32,000 nt of DNA from NCBI RefSeq assembly GCF_000012465.1, contig NC_007335.2, positions 690,001-722,000 of the forward strand, given 5' to 3'. This document shows positions 17,008-24,308 of this stretch, one piece after another (positions within the stretch are counted from its first letter, which is position 1; the number at the start of each line of letters is the position of its first letter). Position numbers and translations under genes: made by a program. The DNA is from Prochlorococcus marinus str. NATL2A (GTDB lineage: Bacteria > Cyanobacteriota > Cyanobacteriia > PCC-6307 > Cyanobiaceae). The notes beneath the pieces are model-generated. The model was not told the origin of the DNA, ran no database searches, and saw nothing but the letters and a program-made list of their open reading frames with translations.

Positions 17008-17163
17008 ATGTCAAAAAGACGAAATCTTAAGAAAGAGAAGCAAGAGAGAAACAGAGCTTATGCTAGGAAATTTAAGAAACGTAAGCTTCGTAATGATGGT
17101 AGAGGAGAAGGCGCAGGTAATGGCGTTACAGGAACTGCAAATAATGGTGGAGCTGCTGACTAA
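17008..17163 (+). CDS. Small, highly basic protein (51 aa), not in the supplied ORF track
   Basis: My own translation is ATG..TAA: MSKRRNLKKEKQERNRAYARKFKKRKLRNDGRGEGAGNGVTGTANNGGAAD. It fills the devA-GT2 intergenic space in a different frame from the 116-aa track ORF. An AT-rich TATAAAAT lies about 20 nt upstream of the ATG. Confidence 0.5.
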   Translation: MSKRRNLKKEKQERNRAYARKFKKRKLRNDGRGEGAGNGVTGTANNGGAAD

Positions 17164-17254
17164 TAAATTGAAATGCAATTCTAATAATATTTTTTTTAAA
17201 TCCTTTAATTTAAAGTTTTTGAAGAAAAAAATTGATTCTATTTTTTAATTTAGG

Positions 17255-18187
17255 ATGTTAATTAGCGTTGTTATTCCGACTTACAACAGACTTCCGATAC
17301 TAAGAAAGTGTCTAGATGCTTTAGAAAATCAAATTTTGAATGTTGAAATTCATTCTTTTGAAATTGTAATAGTCGATGATGGATCAACAGATGGGACAGT
17401 TGATTGGCTAAAAAATAATATTGAGACCTTTCCTCATTTAAGGCTTTTTGAACAATCCCATGGAGGGCCTGCTCTAGGAAGAAATCTTGGAGTTGAAAAG
17501 TCAAAAGGTGAATTAATTGTTTTTATAGATAGTGATCTAGTTGTTGATAAATTTTTCCTAAGGAACCATATTGATTCTTTGTTCAGAGCCTGGAAAAAAC
17601 TTGGGAATAGAAAATGTTTTACCTATGGATCTGTCATAAATACTTCTAATTTTAGTAATCCAAATTCTGAACCTTTTAAACTTCAAGACTTGTCTTGGGC
17701 TTACTTCGCTACTGGAAATGTTGCTATTGATAAAAAGCTTTTAGAAAAATCAGGTCTTTTTGACAACTCTTTTCGACTATATGGTTGGGAAGATTTGGAA
17801 CTAGGAGAAAGACTAAGAAATATGGGCGTTAAACTTATTAAATGTCCAAGAGCTATTGGATATCATTGGCATCCTGCTTTAGCTCTTGATCAAATTCCTC
17901 AATTGATTCGAATTGAAAAAGAGAGAGCAAAGATGGGATTAGTCTTTTATCGTAAGCACCCAACTTTGAGAGTGAAATTTATAATTCAATACACTTTTAT
18001 TCATCGTTGTCTTTGGGAAATTTTAACTTTTGGTGGACTTATTAATACAAAGTCAGTAAGACCTCTTTTGGCTTTTCTAATAAATAATGGTCAATCTGGT
18101 TTGGCTATGGAATTGTTAAGACTTCCTCTCAATTTGATTGGAGTGAGACAAATTTTTAGAGAAGCATCATTAATTGGACTCCGATGA
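17255..18187 (+). CDS. Family 2 glycosyltransferase
   Basis: GT-A/GT2 N-terminal signature VVIPTYNR...IVIVDDGSTDGT is present, with a DxD-type FIDSDL. Length is 310 aa. Confidence 0.85.
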   Translation: MLISVVIPTYNRLPILRKCLDALENQILNVEIHSFEIVIVDDGSTDGTVDWLKNNIETFPHLRLFEQSHGGPALGRNLGVEKSKGELIVFIDSDLVVDKFFLRNHIDSLFRAWKKLGNRKCFTYGSVINTSNFSNPNSEPFKLQDLSWAYFATGNVAIDKKLLEKSGLFDNSFRLYGWEDLELGERLRNMGVKLIKCPRAIGYHWHPALALDQIPQLIRIEKERAKMGLVFYRKHPTLRVKFIIQYTFIHRCLWEILTFGGLINTKSVRPLLAFLINNGQSGLAMELLRLPLNLIGVRQIFREASLIGLR

Positions 18188-18324
18188 GCCATGGTTTGTT
18201 AGATTAGTATTGCAATCTAAAACCGCACACCTGACTGTTTCGGGTGATAAATAAATATTGATTCTTTAATCATTATTTAAGTTATCCCTGTTGGGTGGAG
18301 GCGAACCCGGAACCCACAAAAAAC

Positions 18325-19017
18325 ATGGCTGTAGTTTCTCTCTCAGAGATGATGGAAGCTGGTGCTCACTTTGGGCATCAGACAAGAAGATGGAATCCCA
18401 AGATGTCCCGTTACATCTATTCTGCTCGTAATGGGGTTCATATTATTGATCTCGTTAAAACGGCTGTTTGTATGAACAGCGCCTATAAATGGACAAGAGG
18501 AGCCGCAAGAAGCGGTAAAAGATTCCTTTTTGTAGGTACCAAAAAACAAGCTTCCGAGGTAGTTGCTCAAGAAGCTATTAGATGCGGAGCTTCATACGTC
18601 AATCAAAGATGGTTAGGAGGTATGCTTACAAATTGGACAACAATGAAAGCAAGAATTGACAGGCTAAAAGATCTTGAACGAATGGAATCGAGTGGTGCTA
18701 TTGCAATGCGCCCCAAAAAGGAAGGAGCCGTATTACGTAGAGAATTAGAACGATTGCAAAAATACCTAGGTGGACTTAAAGGCATGAGACGTCTTCCTGA
18801 TGTTGTTGTTTTAGTTGATCAAAGGCGAGAAACAAACGCTGTTTTAGAGGCCAGAAAACTCGATATTCCATTGGTGTCAATGCTTGATACTAATTGTGAT
18901 CCAGATCTTTGCGAGATTCCAATACCATGTAATGACGATGCTGTTCGATCTGTTCAACTCGTTTTGGGTAGATTAGCTGACGCTATCAATGAAGGGAGAC
19001 ATGGACCCAATGAGTAG
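18325..19017 (+). CDS. rpsB: 30S ribosomal protein S2
   Basis: [27 protein letters not shown]... is canonical S2. I chose the ATG at 18325. The track ORF starts 10 codons earlier at a GTG inside a GC-rich leader. Confidence 0.97.
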   Translation: MAVVSLSEMMEAGAHFGHQTRRWNPKMSRYIYSARNGVHIIDLVKTAVCMNSAYKWTRGAARSGKRFLFVGTKKQASEVVAQEAIRCGASYVNQRWLGGMLTNWTTMKARIDRLKDLERMESSGAIAMRPKKEGAVLRRELERLQKYLGGLKGMRRLPDVVVLVDQRRETNAVLEARKLDIPLVSMLDTNCDPDLCEIPIPCNDDAVRSVQLVLGRLADAINEGRHGPNE

Positions 19018-19075
19018 ATAGCATATTTATCTAATAAATTCTTAACTTACCTTTTTCTCACTACCCCAAAATAAA

Positions 19076-19732
19076 ATGGCGGAAATAACAGCTAAACTCG
19101 TTAAAGAACTGCGAGATAAGACATCTGCAGGAATGATGGATTGTAAAAAAGCCCTTATTGAAAATAAGGGTGATATGGATAAGTCTATTGAGTGGTTAAG
19201 ACAAAAAGGCATTGCTAGCGCAGAAAAGAAATCAGGTAGAGTTGCCGCTGAGGGCGCTGTAGGAAGTTACATTCATACAGGTTCTCGTGTGGGTGTTCTT
19301 CTAGAGCTGAACTGCGAGACTGATTTTGTTGCTAGAGGTGATTTATTTCAAGGCCTTTTGAGAGACTTATCAATGCAAGTAGCCGCTTGTCCAAGTGTTG
19401 AATATGTAAGTGTTGATCAAATTCCAGAATCAATTGCCAACAAAGAGAAAGAAATAGAAATGGGAAGAGATGACCTCTCTGGTAAGCCTGATCAAATAAA
19501 AGCTAAAATTGTTGAAGGAAGAATAGGTAAGAGATTGAAAGAAATGGCTCTCTTAGAACAGCCATTCATAAAAGATAGTTCAATAAATGTTGAAGAGTTG
19601 GTAAAACAAGTTGCTGGTAAAATTGGCGAAAATATAAGAGTTCGTAGATTTACCAGATATATACTTGGAGAGGGGATTGAGGTTCAAGGACCTGACTTCG
19701 CAGAAGAGGTCGCATCTATGACTTCAGGTTGA
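19076..19732 (+). CDS. tsf: Translation elongation factor Ts
   Basis: The UBA-like N-terminus reads [24 protein letters not shown], followed by [12 protein letters not shown]. It sits directly downstream of rpsB, as in most bacteria. Confidence 0.97.
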   Translation: MAEITAKLVKELRDKTSAGMMDCKKALIENKGDMDKSIEWLRQKGIASAEKKSGRVAAEGAVGSYIHTGSRVGVLLELNCETDFVARGDLFQGLLRDLSMQVAACPSVEYVSVDQIPESIANKEKEIEMGRDDLSGKPDQIKAKIVEGRIGKRLKEMALLEQPFIKDSSINVEELVKQVAGKIGENIRVRRFTRYILGEGIEVQGPDFAEEVASMTSG

Positions 19733-20934
19733 TCTTGTCTAAAAATAAGCATTTATTTGATTCTAATTTTGATCCTTTAGATCAAATAAGTCTTCTTAAG
19801 GAAAAATGTAATAATATATCTCCTCATTTATATAAGGTAAATTCTTTTTATCTCGAGGAAATAAGAAACTACCTTCCTCAAACCATAAAAACGTCATTAT
19901 TTTCTCTAATTACTGATAGGGCTGGAGACAACTTTGGTTTGTCGACAGTCAGCTCAAGAAAAAAATTTCAGTTGGAAATTGATAAATTAGTATCAGAGAA
20001 TATCTCACTCATAACAATTGAACATTTAAATGAATTGGCTAGGAAAATTGATGAAGAAAATATTCGTCATTTAAATAATGCTAAAGACGAAATATCAAAT
20101 GCCTCAAAAATAAAAAATGATTCTGAAAAATCAAAATCATTTAAAGGTGCTAATTCAATAAATATAAGTGCCATTCCGCCATTGGAGCAATTATCAATTA
20201 CTGATGGATGGAATTGCGAATTAAAAGCTCCATATACAATAGATGATAAAGAACCTTACCTGAAAAGTAAAATATCAGAAAATGAAGACCCTATTAAAAA
20301 TATAAATAATGAATATGATTCATTAAAAGATGATGTTAAAAATATAGATAATTTTAAGTTGAGAAGTAAAGATATTGAAATTTTACAATCAATATTTGAA
20401 TTGACTGATGAATCTAATTTAAGCGACTTTGATTCAAAAACAGCAGATTTATATAATGATCCTAACCCTTCTGAAGATTCGAAAAATAATCGGTTTTTAC
20501 CTCAATCACCAATTGGATTATATGAGTGGATGATTTCTATAGACACAGCTTTGGTTAGAAGATTGCGTGACCTTTCACATTCCATTAATACTGAGCTTTT
20601 AAAATCTGGCTTGGTAAATACACTTGTCCCAATTAACATTTTAGATGCTGCTTTATCCGGCCAATTAATTTCTTCTAAATCCATATCTAATATTCTTACT
20701 TTTAGATTACCAACGACTAATCCATTAGATACTGGTGGGTTAGACATTGACTGCTTGCTAATTACTCCTGCGGATATGGAATTTGATAATCCAAGACTTA
20801 GAAAAAATAGAACTCATATGAAACATTATCAAAATGTACTTTTAGCTATGATTAAACAACAACGTTACTGGCAAGGTCGCTCCATAGCAGAAGAGGTTAA
20901 TAAAAAATGGTGGAAGGATACAACAAAAATATAA
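19729..20934 (+). CDS. Hypothetical protein (401 aa) with acidic/Asn-rich low-complexity centre
   Basis: This long open frame in AT-rich DNA has a TTG start overlapping the tsf stop (GGTTGA). The first in-frame ATG is at codon 268 (20530). I recognise no motif. The 3' end overlaps recG by 28 nt. Confidence 0.6.
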   Translation: MILSKNKHLFDSNFDPLDQISLLKEKCNNISPHLYKVNSFYLEEIRNYLPQTIKTSLFSLITDRAGDNFGLSTVSSRKKFQLEIDKLVSENISLITIEHLNELARKIDEENIRHLNNAKDEISNASKIKNDSEKSKSFKGANSINISAIPPLEQLSITDGWNCELKAPYTIDDKEPYLKSKISENEDPIKNINNEYDSLKDDVKNIDNFKLRSKDIEILQSIFELTDESNLSDFDSKTADLYNDPNPSEDSKNNRFLPQSPIGLYEWMISIDTALVRRLRDLSHSINTELLKSGLVNTLVPINILDAALSGQLISSKSISNILTFRLPTTNPLDTGGLDIDCLLITPADMEFDNPRLRKNRTHMKHYQNVLLAMIKQQRYWQGRSIAEEVNKKWWKDTTKI

Positions 20935-23447
20935 CCAGCTCTGATTCGAAACCTACTCCCGATCGTCAATCAAGTGAATTAACAACTTGGATTCGATCTT
21001 TGCAACAAGCTTTAACAGTTGAGGTTGATCACGGCTTTATTAATATTCAAGGCAGAACAAATAAATTTTCTAATTTTGTAACTGGATATTTATTAAGCGG
21101 TCCTTCTACAGCCGTTAACGAATTTGATTTTTCTAGATTACAGGAATTGGCCTTAGATTATGAAAAATATCAAACTATGTCTACAGACGATAGACGTAAA
21201 ATAATAGTTCAAACCAGACAGGCTCTTCATACTCTTTTTAAATATAAGGAAGGTGAAGAGAGAGCCGAGCCTAACAAATTAAAAATAAGAAGATCTCAAG
21301 AATCTACTTTGCATAAGAGAAGTTCTTCTGCATATTCACTAAGTTTACAAAGTACGATTTCTTCTGTTAAAGGTGTTGGCTCCAAACAAGCTGAGAGATT
21401 GTCTACATTAGGTCTTATTTTGATTCGTGATCTCATTAATTATTTTCCTCGTGATTATGTTGATTACTCTTCATTAAAAACGATAGATAAAACTCAAGCA
21501 GGTCAGAATGTAACGATTGTGGCAAAAGTTAGACGATGCAGTTCATTTAAAAGTCCTAAAAATCCAAATCTTGCAATTCTTGAGTTGTTTATAAAAGATA
21601 AGACAGGAGGAATGAAAATCACTAGATTTTTCGCAGGTCGTCGGAGTAGCAGTATTGCGTATGTAAAATCTCAACAAAGCTTGTATCCTGTTGGTGCAAC
21701 TGTTGCGGTAAGTGGGTTGGTTAAGGAAAGTAAATATGGTAAATCATTAAATGACCCTTTAATAGAAATTATCGATAGTCCCAACGATTATTTGAAATCT
21801 AGAACTATTGGTCAGATATTGCCTGTGTACTCTTTAACGGAAGGTATTACCGCTGATAAGTTCAGAGATCTAATACAATCGATACTTTATTTGACATCTA
21901 ATATTAAAGATCCACTGCCGAAAGAGACATTAAATAGGCTTGATTTACCTAACCGGAAAGAAGCTTTTTTTCATATTCATAATCCTGAGAATTCAATGAC
22001 CTTAGCTAAAGCAAAAAGAAGAATTGTATTTGATGAGTTTTTATTATTGCAGCTTAGTCTTCTTTTAAGACGTGATTTACATAAGAAATCTGATTCTCCT
22101 CAACTAAGTATTGAGCCAAATATTAATAGCCTAGTTGGGAAATTCCTGAGTATTCTTCCATTCTCTCTGACTAATGCTCAAAGAAGGGTTTTAAAGGAAA
22201 TTGAATCAGACATAGTCAAAGCAGAGCCAATGTCTCGACTATTACAAGGCGATGTTGGTAGTGGAAAAACTGTTATCGCTATTTCAGCACTTCTCACTGC
22301 AGTTCAATCAGGATGGCAGGGTGCTTTTATGGCTCCAACTGAGGTACTCGCATCACAACACTTTCAAACACTAAGTAAATGGATTCCTCAACTTGAGATT
22401 AATGTTGATTTGTTAACTGGCTCTACGCCAAAGTCTCGTCGTAAACAAATTCTGACTGATTTAGTAAATGGCTCTACAAAAATTCTTGTAGGAACTCATG
22501 CCCTATTTGAAGACCCAGTTGTCTTCGAACGACTTGGCCTTGTAGTTGTCGATGAGCAACATCGCTTCGGTGTTAAGCAGAGGAATAAATTGTTGAACAA
22601 AGGTTTACAACCTCACTTGCTAACGATGACGGCGACACCCATTCCCAGAACCTTAGCGCTTACTTTGCATGGCGATTTGGATGTTAGTCAATTAGATGAG
22701 CTTCCTCCTGGTCGAACTCCCATTAATACTCAGCTGATATCACCAAATGAAAAAAAGTATGCATATGATTTGATCAGGAGTGAAATTAAGAAAGGACATC
22801 AAATCTATGTTGTATTACCTTTGATTGAAGAGTCTGAGAAACTAGAACTTAGTTCAGCTGTAGACGTACATTATCAATTGTCTACTGAAATTTTTTCAGA
22901 ATTTAATGTTGAATTACTTCATGGCAAAATGAAAAGTGTAGAAAAGCAAGAGGTTATTCAGAATTTTATTAATAAAAAAAGCGATATATTGGTATCTACT
23001 ACGGTTATTGAAGTAGGTGTTGATGTCCCAAATGCAAGTGTAATGTTGATAGAAGATTCTGATCGTTTTGGTTTAGCTCAATTGCATCAACTAAGGGGCC
23101 GAGTAGGAAGAGGAGCATCCAAGTCATACTGTCTCCTGAGTCATCAAAATAAAAATAAATTATCTAGACAAAGACTGGACGTTCTTGTGAACTCTAATGA
23201 CGGATTTGAAATTTCTGAAATTGATTTGCGTTTTCGTGGACCTGGACAAGTCTTAGGTACTAAACAATCAGGCTTACCTGACTTTGCTCTGGCATCATTA
23301 GCTGATGATGCTGATGTCCTCGAAATTGCACGGAAGGAGGCCCGAATTATTTTAGATTCCGACCCTCTGCTTTCAAACAACTCAATGCTTCGTTTGTCAA
23401 TCAAAGAGCAGTGGGACAGACTAAAAATTGGTAATAAATTAAATTAA
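20907..23447 (+). CDS. recG: ATP-dependent DNA helicase RecG
   Basis: SF2 helicase motifs are GDVGSGKT, DEQHRFG, TATPIPRT and QLHQLRGRVGRG. There is a wedge/OB region and the long N-terminal extension common in cyanobacterial RecG. Confidence 0.95.
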   Translation: MVEGYNKNITSSDSKPTPDRQSSELTTWIRSLQQALTVEVDHGFINIQGRTNKFSNFVTGYLLSGPSTAVNEFDFSRLQELALDYEKYQTMSTDDRRKIIVQTRQALHTLFKYKEGEERAEPNKLKIRRSQESTLHKRSSSAYSLSLQSTISSVKGVGSKQAERLSTLGLILIRDLINYFPRDYVDYSSLKTIDKTQAGQNVTIVAKVRRCSSFKSPKNPNLAILELFIKDKTGGMKITRFFAGRRSSSIAYVKSQQSLYPVGATVAVSGLVKESKYGKSLNDPLIEIIDSPNDYLKSRTIGQILPVYSLTEGITADKFRDLIQSILYLTSNIKDPLPKETLNRLDLPNRKEAFFHIHNPENSMTLAKAKRRIVFDEFLLLQLSLLLRRDLHKKSDSPQLSIEPNINSLVGKFLSILPFSLTNAQRRVLKEIESDIVKAEPMSRLLQGDVGSGKTVIAISALLTAVQSGWQGAFMAPTEVLASQHFQTLSKWIPQLEINVDLLTGSTPKSRRKQILTDLVNGSTKILVGTHALFEDPVVFERLGLVVVDEQHRFGVKQRNKLLNKGLQPHLLTMTATPIPRTLALTLHGDLDVSQLDELPPGRTPINTQLISPNEKKYAYDLIRSEIKKGHQIYVVLPLIEESEKLELSSAVDVHYQLSTEIFSEFNVELLHGKMKSVEKQEVIQNFINKKSDILVSTTVIEVGVDVPNASVMLIEDSDRFGLAQLHQLRGRVGRGASKSYCLLSHQNKNKLSRQRLDVLVNSNDGFEISEIDLRFRGPGQVLGTKQSGLPDFALASLADDADVLEIARKEARIILDSDPLLSNNSMLRLSIKEQWDRLKIGNKLN

Positions 23448-23455
23448 CTTTTTTT

Positions 23456-23486
23456 ATGAGTTATTACTATTGAACTCATTCTTTTT
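23456..23486 (+). terminator. Candidate weak rho-independent terminator after recG
   Basis: ATGAGTT (23456-23462) pairs with AACTCAT (23473-23479) across a 10-nt loop and is followed by TCTTTTT. The stem is AT-rich, so predicted stability is low. Confidence 0.35.
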
Positions 23487-23552
23487 GAAGGTAAGCTTAA
23501 GGAAAGAATTTTTTGTGCGAATGAATTTTTACCCTAATATTTTATACAAATC

Positions 23553-24308
23553 ATGAATTTGAGACCTTGGAATAATATAAAAATAAATGAATGTAATGAG
23601 CCTTTAGTTGTTATCCCTGAATCCATATTTCGACTAACACCTCATCCTTATATGTCGTTAGGTGCACCATATTTAACTGGACTAGATCCGTGGGTTTTAC
23701 GCCAAAGTGTCTTAAAAAGATTGAAACAAGCACAACAAAATCTTTTTGATATTACTTCCGATTTACAGTTAGCTTTGTTTGATGCTTGGAGACCTATCTC
23801 TGTTCAGAAATTCATGTTTAATTACACTATTGAAGAAACTTGTAGGTCGAGGGGGATAAATATTGATGATATCTCAAATAAAGAAGACATCACTGACGTG
23901 ATTGAGGAGGTTGGTCGCTTCTGGGCAAAACCTTCATGTAATCCTCTTACACCTCCTCCTCATAGTACCGGTGCTGCAATAGATTTGACTCTTGCTGATA
24001 TGTCTGGACATCCATTGGATCTTGGAGGAGAAATAGATTTTATTGGTCCTGAATCAAGTCCTGACTTTTATAAGAAAGACAATTTAGGGATGCCTTGTTC
24101 AAAACATCAAGTTTTTCATAACAGAAGATCTCTTTTGTTTTCAGTTATGGAACAGGCTGGATTTGTTCAACACCCAAACGAATGGTGGCATTTTAGCTAT
24201 GGAGATCAATTATGGGCTTGGACTAGCAATCAAGGTATTCCTATTTATGGAGCTGCACTTGAAGTAAGTAAAGACATTACACTTTCAGAACCAAGTTTAG
24301 TCACATGA
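23553..24308 (+). CDS. ddpX: D-alanyl-D-alanine dipeptidase (VanX/DdpX-type M15 metallopeptidase)
   Basis: Zinc/active-site motifs are PHSTGAAIDLTL and NEWWHFSYGD. The 3' end overlaps the convergent sir gene by 64 nt. Confidence 0.85.
   Translation: MNLRPWNNIKINECNEPLVVIPESIFRLTPHPYMSLGAPYLTGLDPWVLRQSVLKRLKQAQQNLFDITSDLQLALFDAWRPISVQKFMFNYTIEETCRSRGINIDDISNKEDITDVIEEVGRFWAKPSCNPLTPPPHSTGAAIDLTLADMSGHPLDLGGEIDFIGPESSPDFYKKDNLGMPCSKHQVFHNRRSLLFSVMEQAGFVQHPNEWWHFSYGDQLWAWTSNQGIPIYGAALEVSKDITLSEPSLVT

Noticed and set aside
16898-17248. 116-aa track ORF spanning the devA 3' end and the devA-GT2 spacer
   Set aside because: It overlaps devA by 74 nt. Its composition is odd (Trp/Cys/Met-rich start) and it has no motif. 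It is in a different frame from the compact, compositionally coherent 51-aa ORF at 17008-17163, which I prefer.
20895-20934. Possible programmed frameshift fusing the 401-aa ORF to recG across their 28-nt overlap (A6 run at AATAAAAAATGG)
   Set aside because: In the upstream frame the run reads AAT-AAA-AAA-TGG, which is not a canonical X-XXY-YYZ slippery heptamer. The recG ATG sits right there, so ordinary re-initiation is the simpler explanation.
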